Shown here: positions 39,183 to 47,597 of the stretch, piece by piece
Position numbering within the stretch: the stretch's first letter is position 1
Layout: each line of letters starts with the position of its first letter
Virus record (IMG/VR): IMGVR_UViG_3300037193_002017
Coordinates: 1-64,000 of that record
DNA: 64,000 nt
Origin: a virus
Strand: one strand, 5' to 3'
The notes under the pieces: model-generated
Database searches by the model: none
Told to the model about the DNA's origin: nothing
The model's input: the letters and a program-made list of their open reading frames with translations, nothing else
Program-made: the position numbers and the translations under genes

Positions 39183-39298
39183 TCGGTTACGCGGTCAGCG
39201 GCGCCGACGTCCTCGGCGCAGCCTGCCCTCTCACCTTCCTGATCGCCGTACTGGCCATCTCGTACCTGACCTGGCGCGCCCGTCGGAGGAACCGATGA
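39179..39298 (+). CDS. Very small membrane protein
   Basis: GTGA and ATGA overlaps on both sides; one TM helix with basic tail. Confidence 0.5.
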   Translation: MIGYAVSGADVLGAACPLTFLIAVLAISYLTWRARRRNR

Positions 39299-39501
39299 GC
39301 ACTCCCACCCTGCCCTGCCCTGGATGCCCTGGTCGCCGCAAGCACGGCCACTACCTGTGCAACAGCTGCTGGCGCGCCCTGCCGTCCACCACCCGCGGCC
39401 GGCTTGCCCTCCGCGACGCCCGCGCATCCCTCCGCCTCCGCGAGCTCCACAAGGCACTCGCCGCCAACACCCCGATCGCGATCATCCGGGTCAGCCGATG
39501 A
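39295..39501 (+). CDS. Small zinc-finger-like protein (paralog of 38010-38216)
   Basis: PCPGC...YLC..CW..LP. Confidence 0.65.
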   Translation: MSTPTLPCPGCPGRRKHGHYLCNSCWRALPSTTRGRLALRDARASLRLRELHKALAANTPIAIIRVSR

Positions 39502-39893
39502 ACACGCGCCTCTACGCCCACGCCAGCATGGCCGCCGCCGTGCTCCTCACCATCGGCGCCTGCTACACCGCCACCCTCGACGCCTGGTGGCCCGCCCTCG
39601 GGGGCCTCTTCCCCGCGGGCGTCCTCGCGTGGAACGCCCACCGCTGCTACACCCAGGCCCGCCGCGAGCAGGCCGTGCAGCAGCGACTGACGCGACTCAC
39701 CCGCGACAAGACCGAGCCGTTCGTGCCGCGGCCTCCGTGCTGCTCGTTCTGGCGGCACACCAGCGGCCAGATGCACGGCCCCGACTGCACACGGCCGGCC
39801 ACCGCGCGCACCGCCCTCACGCCCGCTGAAGAAGCCGCCTTCGCGCAGATCGCCGCGGAGTTCCATCGGACGGGAGGCCAGGCCAACCCGTGA
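39498..39893 (+). CDS. Membrane protein
   Basis: Two TM helices; CC..W......H..DC. Confidence 0.6.
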   Translation: MNTRLYAHASMAAAVLLTIGACYTATLDAWWPALGGLFPAGVLAWNAHRCYTQARREQAVQQRLTRLTRDKTEPFVPRPPCCSFWRHTSGQMHGPDCTRPATARTALTPAEEAAFAQIAAEFHRTGGQANP

Positions 39894-40201
39894 CCTCTCA
39901 CCCCATCCCGGGCAACGCCGGTCACTGGTGGCTGGCGTGCGGCAAGTGGCGCCGCCTGCACGCCATCCCCGGCACGGCCATCGACCGCACCGATGAGGAC
40001 GTCATGGACCGGCTCTGCTACCCGCCGGGCATCCCGGCCCGCGCCGCATGCGGGCTCCGGCGCGGCTGGCAGATGCCCGGGCTGTTCTCCCGCCTCGGCC
40101 GCCGCCGCTGCACCCCGTGCTGCCACGCCCTCAACATCCCCACCGGCTACGGCACCCCCGCCAACGAAGCATCGATCAAGGAAGGAACCACCCACCCATG
40201 A
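39890..40201 (+). CDS. Cys-rich hypothetical protein
   Basis: RLHAI, AACG, MPG.FSR...RC..CC. Confidence 0.62.
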   Translation: MTSHPIPGNAGHWWLACGKWRRLHAIPGTAIDRTDEDVMDRLCYPPGIPARAACGLRRGWQMPGLFSRLGRRRCTPCCHALNIPTGYGTPANEASIKEGTTHP

Positions 40202-40767
40202 TTCAGCAGCCCCAGCCCCGCTGGAACGGTGAGCCCTGCCAGGCCCGCCGCGTCACCGCCGTCGTCGCCGACAGCATCTTCTTCCCCCTGTACTGGGCCC
40301 GCGAGTTCGTCGGTACGCGTCGTAAGGCCGTCGAGGTCACGTACGGGGGCCGCACCTTCTACCTCGACGACGAGGACGGCTCCGGGTGGGCCAAGGTCAC
40401 CGCAGGCGGCTCACCCGCCCACAGCCACCGTGGCCTCAACGTCGACCCCGACAGCATCCGGCTCCGCGTCGACCCCGATCGGCCGTGCCTGCACGAGGAC
40501 TTCGACGCCTTCGTCGGCGTCGGCCGCATCACCGCGAGCGAAACCGATCCCACCGTGATCGGCTACTCGGCCGAGATCAGGGTGAACTGCCGGGCCTGCG
40601 GCGAGCCCTTCCGGTGGACCGGCGTCCCGGCCGGCCTCTCACCCCGCCAGCCGATGTGCAGCGTCGACGAGACCGAACTGCGCGCCCCGCTCCGCCCGGC
40701 CTCGGCCGACCCGGACTTCGGTCTCGGCCTGCCCGGCTTCTCCGTCAACCACCGCAAGGACGGCTGA
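40198..40767 (+). CDS. Two-domain hypothetical protein
   Basis: ATGA overlap; C.HE.F and C..CG.PF motifs. Confidence 0.65.
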   Translation: MIQQPQPRWNGEPCQARRVTAVVADSIFFPLYWAREFVGTRRKAVEVTYGGRTFYLDDEDGSGWAKVTAGGSPAHSHRGLNVDPDSIRLRVDPDRPCLHEDFDAFVGVGRITASETDPTVIGYSAEIRVNCRACGEPFRWTGVPAGLSPRQPMCSVDETELRAPLRPASADPDFGLGLPGFSVNHRKDG

Positions 40768-40769
40768 CC

Positions 40770-41174
40770 GTGCTGCAGCACACCGGCCCGACTGTCGTCG
40801 ACACCCGTATCTGGGACGGCAGCCGCGACCCCGAGCTCACCGCGTGGCTCGGCCCCAACGCCCACCACTACGAGGGCGAACAGCTCGTCATCGACAGCAT
40901 CGACGGACCCGTGCGGCCCCGGCCCGGCTACCACCTGATCCTCTGGACCGACCGGGAGGTCACCGTTGCCGCGCCGCGAGTCGCCGAGCGGGTGTACGGG
41001 CCCGACGGTCTCTGCGGCCAACTGGCCCGCGCCCAGGCCGCCATCGAGGCGGTCCACGTTCTCGCCGTCCGCTGGGCGAAGGCCGGACCGCCGCTCGGCA
41101 CGTCCATCGCGCGCTGGGTGGACGCCCGCCTCATCGAACTGAACACCGCCCTCGATAAAGCCAGGGAGTACTGA
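40770..41174 (+). CDS. Hypothetical protein
   Basis: Operon continuity. Confidence 0.6.
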   Translation: MLQHTGPTVVDTRIWDGSRDPELTAWLGPNAHHYEGEQLVIDSIDGPVRPRPGYHLILWTDREVTVAAPRVAERVYGPDGLCGQLARAQAAIEAVHVLAVRWAKAGPPLGTSIARWVDARLIELNTALDKAREY

Positions 41175-41175
41175 C

Positions 41176-41772
41176 ATGGGTCTGGAGTTCACACAACCCA
41201 CGCGGGTCTGGATCGGCCGCGAAGGCGGCTGGGAGCCGGTGGACGGCGTCGCCCACGTCCAGCTACAGGAGGAGGCCCTGCCCGTCGAGGACGCCAGCGT
41301 CGAGCTGGAGTTCAGCGTCAAGACACCGTCCAACGGGGTGCCGACCTGCCCGTCCGGCCGCCACCCCCAGCACACGCCCGACACCTGCGAGGAACACGAG
41401 GAACTCACGCAGGCCTTCCATGGCTTCATCGAGCTCCTTTTCGCAGCCGCCTTCGCCCAAGCCGAGCAGGCCGCCCGCCGCTACCAGCAGGCCCTGGCAG
41501 AGGCCTTCGCCGGCATCGACACCTGGGAGCCGCGCGGACTGTCGGCATGGCTCACCGAGCCAGAGCAGCCCACTCCGATCGAGCGCGCCCTGCAGATCCT
41601 CGCCCCGCACCTCGCCCACGAGCCGCTTTACCAGCCCAACCACCGCTGGCTCAGGGCCGCTCCCGCCCCGCAGCCCACCGACGAGCAGCCGGACGACACC
41701 GGCGAGGCCGCGCCGAGCACCGACCGGCCCGCCTGGCAGTCCCCGTACGGGCCGCCACCGAGGAGGCGCTGA
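41176..41772 (+). CDS. Hypothetical protein
   Basis: RBS GGAG; ends DRPAWQSPYGPP. Confidence 0.65.
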   Translation: MGLEFTQPTRVWIGREGGWEPVDGVAHVQLQEEALPVEDASVELEFSVKTPSNGVPTCPSGRHPQHTPDTCEEHEELTQAFHGFIELLFAAAFAQAEQAARRYQQALAEAFAGIDTWEPRGLSAWLTEPEQPTPIERALQILAPHLAHEPLYQPNHRWLRAAPAPQPTDEQPDDTGEAAPSTDRPAWQSPYGPPPRRR

Positions 41773-41774
41773 CG

Positions 41775-42038
41775 ATGCAGCTGCACCTGATACGCACTGA
41801 CCCCGTCCAGGAGATCGCGGCCGAGCCCGCCACCCTCGAACTCCTCATCACCGCCCTGGACGAAGCGACGCAACCGCGCCTGTCCTCACCCGAGTTGATC
41901 ACCGCGTGCCGCAGCGGACTCGGCTGGCCGCTCGTCCCGGACGAGTCCATCTGCCCCGGGGCCGTCCACCTCCGTCCTGTACCCCGCCCGTCCGAGTGGC
42001 ACAGCGGCACCGCACCCGCCGACTCGCCACAGCAGTAG
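41775..42038 (+). CDS. Small hypothetical protein
   Basis: RBS GGAGG. Confidence 0.55.
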   Translation: MQLHLIRTDPVQEIAAEPATLELLITALDEATQPRLSSPELITACRSGLGWPLVPDESICPGAVHLRPVPRPSEWHSGTAPADSPQQ

Positions 42039-42111
42039 ACGCCCCTCCCTACCCATCGGGTGGGGAGGACGACCCCGCCCCTGCCCCACCAGTACGAAGG
42101 GGAGCACACGC

Positions 42112-42795
42112 ATGATCTGCACCCTGTGCACGCACAACGAGCTCGAGTTCGGCAGCCTCTGCCCCTCCTGCACCCGCGCCACCCACGAACGCCTCACCCG
42201 CCTTCCCCGACTCTGGGCCTCCCTGGGGTCCTGGCTCACCCCCGGCGCCACCGGCAGCGCCCAGTACGGCGGTCGCGTCCGCCTCGCTGAGGCCCCCATG
42301 CCTCTCGACAGCGAGGTCCTGGACCTGATCGCCGAGGGCGGCATCGTCGGCGTCCTCGAGGACTGGCGCACCGCCGTCTACGAGACTCGCGGCTGGAGCC
42401 TGCCGCCCCGCGCGGCCAGCCTCGGTAACCGCGTCACCATCGCGGCCGGCGACCTCGACCACCATCTCGACTGGATCTCACGCTGGTACGCCGGCGAGGC
42501 CTTCGGCTGGGACATCCGCCGTCTCTTCCAGCGCGCCTCCCGCGTCGTACAGCCCGGCCACGACCTCGACCAGCCGAGGCCGACCTTCCTCGGCCACTGC
42601 ATCGCCGTGGACTCCTCCGGGGTGGTGTGCGGGGCGAAGATCTACGCGGACATGCGCACGTCGGTGCAGTGTGAGTGGTGCCTGTGCCCGTACCCGCCCT
42701 CCACCTGGCTGACCCTGCGGCGTTTCCAGCCGGGCAACGAGCACCTGCACGACGAGGACCAGGACGAGCCCGACATGGAGCCGGTGGCCGCCTGA
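42112..42795 (+). CDS. Zinc-binding protein ending the early operon (possible late-transcription regulator domain)
   Basis: N-terminal CxxC...CxxC and C-terminal GHC...CG...CxxC. Confidence 0.65.
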   Translation: MICTLCTHNELEFGSLCPSCTRATHERLTRLPRLWASLGSWLTPGATGSAQYGGRVRLAEAPMPLDSEVLDLIAEGGIVGVLEDWRTAVYETRGWSLPPRAASLGNRVTIAAGDLDHHLDWISRWYAGEAFGWDIRRLFQRASRVVQPGHDLDQPRPTFLGHCIAVDSSGVVCGAKIYADMRTSVQCEWCLCPYPPSTWLTLRRFQPGNEHLHDEDQDEPDMEPVAA

Positions 42796-42837
42796 CATGC
42801 CGCCACGCCACGGCGTAGCGTGTGCCTGGACACGCGA

Positions 42838-42876
42838 GAGCCCCGCCGCCCCACTTCTCCTGGGGCGGCGGGGCTC
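42838..42876. terminator. Terminator hairpin between convergent genes
   Basis: GAGCCCCGCCGCCCCA...TGGGGCGGCGGGGCTC, 16-bp stem. Confidence 0.8.
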
Positions 42877-42885
42877 GTCTGCGTT

Positions 42886-43146
42886 CTACGCCTCGTCGCC
42901 CTTCTCCAGGTCGGCGCGCTTGCCCTGGCGAATCCCTTCCTGGCGCGCTTTCCAGTACTGGTCGAACCAGGCCACGTCGTACTCCGGGCGCGAACTCCCG
43001 GGTCTGAACACAGGAGCCGGCCAGCCCTCGGCGGGGTTGGTCGCAAGCCGGTGGATGTATGTCCGGCTCACACCCGCTCGCTCTGCGAGTTTCGGGATGG
43101 TCATTGTCTCCCTCTCCGGCTCCTGCCGCTCGGGGGCATCGGGCAT
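42886..43146 (-). CDS. AlpA/excisionase-like HTH regulator divergent from the membrane operon
   Basis: RBS GGAGG before ATG 43146; MTIPKLAERAGVSRTYIHRL....WP.P. Confidence 0.78.
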   Translation of the reverse strand: MPDAPERQEPERETMTIPKLAERAGVSRTYIHRLATNPAEGWPAPVFRPGSSRPEYDVAWFDQYWKARQEGIRQGKRADLEKGDEA

Positions 43147-43160
43147 GCGGACATCCTCCC

Positions 43161-43191
43161 CGAGAAGTGTGGACAATGTCCACACTTCTCG
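43161..43191. promoter_or_regulatory. Perfect 31-bp palindrome, putative operator
   Basis: CGAGAAGTGTGGACA-A-TGTCCACACTTCTCG in the divergent intergenic region. Confidence 0.75.
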
Positions 43192-43295
43192 CTACGGTCG
43201 TTCTCGGCACAACGGAAAACCCCTCGACCCATGCGGAGTTGCAGCTCCGGGCCGAGGGGTGGACCCGTCCTGAAGCGAACGAAGGGAACAGGTCC

Positions 43296-43628
43296 GTGGC
43301 AGACACTACCCAGCCCGATCAGATCGACGTAGCCCTCAAGGTGCTGCTCGCCGAGCCCACCTACGCCGCACAGACCCTCACCAAGCTGGCCGGCCTCCTC
43401 CAACTGGACCCCGGCCAGCCGATGACCGGCCGCGACCTCGAGCGCGCCATCGACATCGCCGCCGAGGCCGTCCTCACCCGACTGCCCGACGTCGTCGCCC
43501 GCGACAGCATGCAGCGCATGTACCGGGCCCTCCCGGACCGGTCGGCCACGGTCACCCGCGGCGAGTACGCCCTCCTCCTGCGCCAGGCTGCCAAGGACCT
43601 CGACGCCGTACGAGGTGACCGCCGATGA
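43296..43628 (+). CDS. Hypothetical protein, first gene of the accessory membrane operon
   Basis: GTG after AAGGGA; TRGEYALLLR. Confidence 0.65.
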   Translation: MADTTQPDQIDVALKVLLAEPTYAAQTLTKLAGLLQLDPGQPMTGRDLERAIDIAAEAVLTRLPDVVARDSMQRMYRALPDRSATVTRGEYALLLRQAAKDLDAVRGDRR

Positions 43629-43834
43629 GCCGGAAACCCACCACGGCCGAGCGCGTCGCCGCGCTCCACCGCCAGTGCGCCGCCGACTACCGCGCCGCCC
43701 ACGCGAACCACGACAGCGTCGACCACCTGGACCTCGTGCACGGCCTGGAGGTCGGCTACGACCCGCACGCCCAGGACCTGAACACGCTGGCCACCGAGTC
43801 CGCCGCCGCACGCCTCGACCACGACGCCGACTGA
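43625..43834 (+). CDS. Small hypothetical protein
   Basis: ATGA overlap. Confidence 0.55.
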   Translation: MSRKPTTAERVAALHRQCAADYRAAHANHDSVDHLDLVHGLEVGYDPHAQDLNTLATESAAARLDHDAD

Positions 43835-43906
43835 ACCCCGCCAGACCGCCGCGCCCCGGCACATCCCCCGGCCGGGGCGCGGCCTCCCCACGCACTGGAG
43901 TCCTTC

Positions 43907-45514
43907 GTGATCCTGGACCAGCCCTACGCGAGAGCGGCGGCCGAGTACTGGCCCACCGCCCTCGCCGCCGGCCTCCTCCTCACCACCCTCGCAGGCCTGT
44001 GCTGGCTGGTCGTGCGGCGTACCAGCGGCGCCGTCCTCACCGCCGGGATCGGCGCGCTCGTCTGCACCGCCTACACCGCCGACACCTCCTGGCGGTTCGC
44101 CGAGCACCGCCTGGACATGGCCGACCACACCGAGCGCCTGGTGATGTTCGCCGCCGGTGAGGTCGCCCTCCTCGCCTGCGCGGTCATGGCCCGAGCCAAC
44201 AAACGCGCCACCGCCACCGAGGACACCGCCGGCACCCCCGGCGTACCCGGCGTACTCGTGTGGACCATCACCGGCGTCCAGGTCATCCCCGCCTACTCCG
44301 AGTCCGGCATCATCGGCGGCACCGTCCGCGCCGTCTTCGGCCCCGTCATGGCCGCCCTGCTCTGGCACCTCGCCATGGGCCTGGAGATCCGCGTCGCCAA
44401 ACCGCAGGCCCTCTCCACCGGACTGCCCGCGCAGATCGGCCACGAGCTGCGCGAACGCCTGCTGTCCTACCTCGGACTGGCGACCCGGAACCGTACCGCG
44501 GAACAGATCAGCCGCGACCGCGCGACCGCCCGCGCCGTACGCCTCGCCTCCCGCCGCCACCGCGGCTGGTGGGCCCGCGCCGCCCTCAAGGCCGCGGTGG
44601 CCCGCTCCGGGGCGGCCGTCGACGGCGAGCGCCGCCACCAGCTCCTGCAGCTGCTCGCCGCACGCCGTACCGCGGCCGAGCTGAGCACCGTACCCGTCGT
44701 CTCGCCGTGGGTAGCCCAGCCCCTACCCGAGCCCTACCCGCCTACCCCGCTCGGCGTCACCGGCGCCGAACTGCGCGCCATGGACCCGATGGACGCCATC
44801 CTCCGGATACACGCCGCACGGCCCGACGCGACGCCCGCAGAGACCGCCGCGCTGTGCACGGAGTACGGCGTACCCGTCTCCGAGACCCTCGTACGGGTAG
44901 CCCTCCGCGCGGGCAACCCCGACCCCACCCCGCCCCCCGCCCCGGCCGTACCCGAGCGGCCCCAGCTCCACGCCGCACCCGCACCCGTGCCCGGCCCGCA
45001 GGACGCGCCCGTACCGGCCCTACCCGAGGCGGCCGAGCACGAGTACACCAGCCCCGGCCTGCACCTCGACCTCATCACCGCCCCCCGGGTACACCCCCAG
45101 GTAGCCTGCGCCGTCCCCGCCGCCCACGCCCGTACCCGGCCCGGCCGCACCGAGGTACACGCCCGCCTACCCGAACAGCCCGAAGCCATCCAGCACACCA
45201 CCGAGGGAGAACGCGCTACCCGGCCCGCGCAGCCCTCTACCCGGCCCGGGGTAGCCGCTCTACCCGAGCCCGTACCCGTACCCGGGGTAGACCCCAGGCC
45301 CGGCCCGGACGCCCTACCCCACCCCACGGGTACGGCGGGTAGGGACGGTGGCGGGGAGCAGGATCCGCTGCTCGACCGGGCCCGCGAGGTAGACGCCGCT
45401 CACCGCCGTACCCACCGCCGCCCGGCCAGCGTCCAGACCCTCAAGAAGGAGCTGCGGGTAGGGCAGAAGAAGGCCCAGCAGCTCCGTGACCTCCTCGCAG
45501 GCGAGCCCGCATGA
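43907..45514 (+). CDS. Multi-pass membrane protein (DUF2637/Spd-like) with Pro-rich linker and C-terminal FtsK-gamma-like wHTH
   Basis: 4-5 hydrophobic segments in the N-terminal ~160 aa; C-terminus DPLLDRA...ASVQTLKKELRVGQKKAQQL. Confidence 0.75.
   Translation: MILDQPYARAAAEYWPTALAAGLLLTTLAGLCWLVVRRTSGAVLTAGIGALVCTAYTADTSWRFAEHRLDMADHTERLVMFAAGEVALLACAVMARANKRATATEDTAGTPGVPGVLVWTITGVQVIPAYSESGIIGGTVRAVFGPVMAALLWHLAMGLEIRVAKPQALSTGLPAQIGHELRERLLSYLGLATRNRTAEQISRDRATARAVRLASRRHRGWWARAALKAAVARSGAAVDGERRHQLLQLLAARRTAAELSTVPVVSPWVAQPLPEPYPPTPLGVTGAELRAMDPMDAILRIHAARPDATPAETAALCTEYGVPVSETLVRVALRAGNPDPTPPPAPAVPERPQLHAAPAPVPGPQDAPVPALPEAAEHEYTSPGLHLDLITAPRVHPQVACAVPAAHARTRPGRTEVHARLPEQPEAIQHTTEGERATRPAQPSTRPGVAALPEPVPVPGVDPRPGPDALPHPTGTAGRDGGGEQDPLLDRAREVDAAHRRTHRRPASVQTLKKELRVGQKKAQQLRDLLAGEPA
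44690..45461. repeat. Dense array of TACCC(G)/(C)GGGTA motifs inside the coding sequence
   Basis: About 24 copies counted by eye in ~780 bp, both orientations. Confidence 0.8.
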
Positions 45515-45882
45515 ACCACGCTGCAGAGCCCCTGGACCTGGCCGCCGCCAGCACCCCCGCCAGCGCGTTACCGCACCGAAGGAACCCCGTGATACTCGCC
45601 GCCCTCGTGGCGCTCGGCCTGGCCCCCGGCCTGATCACCGCCGTACACGTGCACCGCACCCACGGCCCCGTCAGAGCCGCCCTCGCCGCCGCCGGCGTCA
45701 CTCTCGCCCTGGCCGCCGCGCTGCTCGGCGTCCTCCTCGTCTTCCCGCCGCTCGCCATCGCCTGCGCGGCCGGATGCGTCCTGGCCGCGCTCCGCGCCTA
45801 CGACCAGGCGCGCCTCACTGCGGCGAGCAGCTGGCTGAGCTTGGCCGGCCTGTTCGCGTGGTGTGCGAGGTGGCGGTCATGA
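45511..45882 (+). CDS. Small multi-pass membrane protein with TTA codon
   Basis: ATGA overlap; about four hydrophobic segments. Confidence 0.65.
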   Translation: MNHAAEPLDLAAASTPASALPHRRNPVILAALVALGLAPGLITAVHVHRTHGPVRAALAAAGVTLALAAALLGVLLVFPPLAIACAAGCVLAALRAYDQARLTAASSWLSLAGLFAWCARWRS

Positions 45883-46424
45883 GCAAGGACACCCCCATCG
45901 TCCCCACCCGCGTCATCCCCGCCGGCGTACCCCTGCCCGCCCGGCCCCCCGAGCCCGGCGAGGTACCCCCCTGGCGCACCCCGCCTACCCCACCACCGGC
46001 TACCCCGCCCGTACCCCCTCCGCCTGCGCCGCCTGCGGAGCCTCAGGCCGTCGTCGTACGCCACGTCCACGAAGTGGTCCTGGTCGTCCCCGACCCCGAG
46101 CCGGAACCCCGGCTGTGGGAACGCCTCTGGGAACGGCTGTTCACGTGGCGGATGATCGCCGCGATCCTCGCCGCCCTCCTTCCGTGGGCGGCCGGGCAGA
46201 GCCCCGTCGGCCTGTGGTCCCACACCGTCCACCAGGCCCGCGCCGAGGCGGGGATCGTCGCTGCGTACGTCATCGCCGCCGTCGCCGTCGCCGCGACGTG
46301 GGCCCTGGACCGGCGTACCGGCCGTCTCGTGCCCCGCTTCCTCCTTGTCACCAGCTCACTCGGGGCGTTCGGCGTCCTGCACTGGTTCGACCCCATCACC
46401 CTGCTCACCGGAGTCCACCTGTGA
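45879..46424 (+). CDS. Membrane protein with Pro-rich N-terminus (SpdD-like architecture)
   Basis: ATGA overlap; Pro-rich N-terminus then three TM helices. Confidence 0.65.
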   Translation: MSKDTPIVPTRVIPAGVPLPARPPEPGEVPPWRTPPTPPPATPPVPPPPAPPAEPQAVVVRHVHEVVLVVPDPEPEPRLWERLWERLFTWRMIAAILAALLPWAAGQSPVGLWSHTVHQARAEAGIVAAYVIAAVAVAATWALDRRTGRLVPRFLLVTSSLGAFGVLHWFDPITLLTGVHL

Positions 46425-46933
46425 CCGCCACCAACACCCTCACCATCGGCGGCCTCCTCGCCGCCCTGATCATCCTGACCTGCAACCTCTACCCCTGGTG
46501 GACCGGCAACAGGGAGATGAAGCAGCTCTCTTCGTTCGGCAAGGGGTTCGGGGCCGCCGCCTGTGCCGCGGCGTGCCCGGGCGGCATCCTCGGCTGGGCT
46601 CACCACCGATCCGGAACCATCGCCAACGACACCGGCGAGAAGACCAGCACCGCCGTCACCGGCACATCCTCCGCCGCTGGCCTGACCACCGGGCAGCTCG
46701 TCGGCCTCGGCGCCACGGGCGCGGTCGTCGTGGTCATCGCGGTCACCCTCGTCGTCCTGTCGTACAAGGCGGCGGGGAAGAAAGACAAGAAGCGGATCAT
46801 CGGCGGCGCCTTCGTCGGCTCCACGTTCTGCCTCACCGCAGGCGTCGCCGGGGCCCTGTCCTGGCTTCCTGCCGCCCTCAACGCGGCTGGCGGCGGCATC
46901 CTCGCCTTCTTCCAGGGCGCGGGCATCCTGTGA
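46421..46933 (+). CDS. Gly/Ala-rich membrane protein
   Basis: GTGA overlap; 3-4 hydrophobic segments. Confidence 0.68.
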   Translation: MTATNTLTIGGLLAALIILTCNLYPWWTGNREMKQLSSFGKGFGAAACAAACPGGILGWAHHRSGTIANDTGEKTSTAVTGTSSAAGLTTGQLVGLGATGAVVVVIAVTLVVLSYKAAGKKDKKRIIGGAFVGSTFCLTAGVAGALSWLPAALNAAGGGILAFFQGAGIL

Positions 46934-47520
46934 GCCGCCTCGCCTGTATCGCCGACCGTCTCGCCACCGGCTCCCGCCTCCACACCCGCCGCCTCGTGAA
47001 CGGGGCCGTGGCCTGGTGCGCGCGCGGCCGACGCGACGACCTCAAGGGCTGGAAAGCGGCCCTCGGCATCATCGCCCGCCTCGCCCTCCTCGCCGTCGGC
47101 GCGTACGTACTGGCCCGCCTCGTACGGGCCCTGCCGTCCCTCATGTGGCTGCTCACCGGATGGTGGACGCTCGCCTCCTGGCGGGCCGGGAAACCCGCCG
47201 ACACCCCCCAGGAGAAGGCCCCCGAGGGGCGATCGGTGGAGGCCGACCGGGAGGCCGTCCGCACCCTCCTGCTCACGGTCATGGGGGAGGCGGACAAGGT
47301 GCACCTCCGGGCCGTCCTCGCCCACCTCCACCAACAGGGCCAGTGGGAGGGCCGCACGGTCACCGATATGCGCCACCGACTGGCCGCCCTGGACATCCCC
47401 TTCGACCGCTCCGTGAAGGTGGCCGGAATCCCCACCTGGGGGGTCCGCCGAAACGACCTGCAGACCCCTTCCCCAGCCACCGCCGAGGAAGCGTCTCCCA
47501 CCGCGTCTACCGCCGCCTGA
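46930..47520 (+). CDS. Membrane-anchored wHTH protein resembling the TraB C-terminus, no ATPase domain
   Basis: Two TM helices then VMGEADKVHLRAVLAHL...W....DMR.RL..L.I......V......GVRRNDL. Confidence 0.65.
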   Translation: MSRLACIADRLATGSRLHTRRLVNGAVAWCARGRRDDLKGWKAALGIIARLALLAVGAYVLARLVRALPSLMWLLTGWWTLASWRAGKPADTPQEKAPEGRSVEADREAVRTLLLTVMGEADKVHLRAVLAHLHQQGQWEGRTVTDMRHRLAALDIPFDRSVKVAGIPTWGVRRNDLQTPSPATAEEASPTASTAA

Positions 47521-47579
47521 CCTGCACGTCTACCGGCCGTCTACCGCCATCTACCGATGCATCTACCGGCCGTCTACCG
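47504..47579 (+). repeat. Six direct repeats of CRTCTACCG (clt/TRS-like)
   Basis: Copies at 47504, 47527, 47538, 47548, 47560, 47571. Confidence 0.88.
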
Positions 47580-47597
47580 GCCAGAGAGGGGGCCGTC

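Noticed and set aside
47504-47579. CRISPR mini-array
   Set aside because: Repeats are 9 bp with 1-14 bp gaps and no cas genes are present
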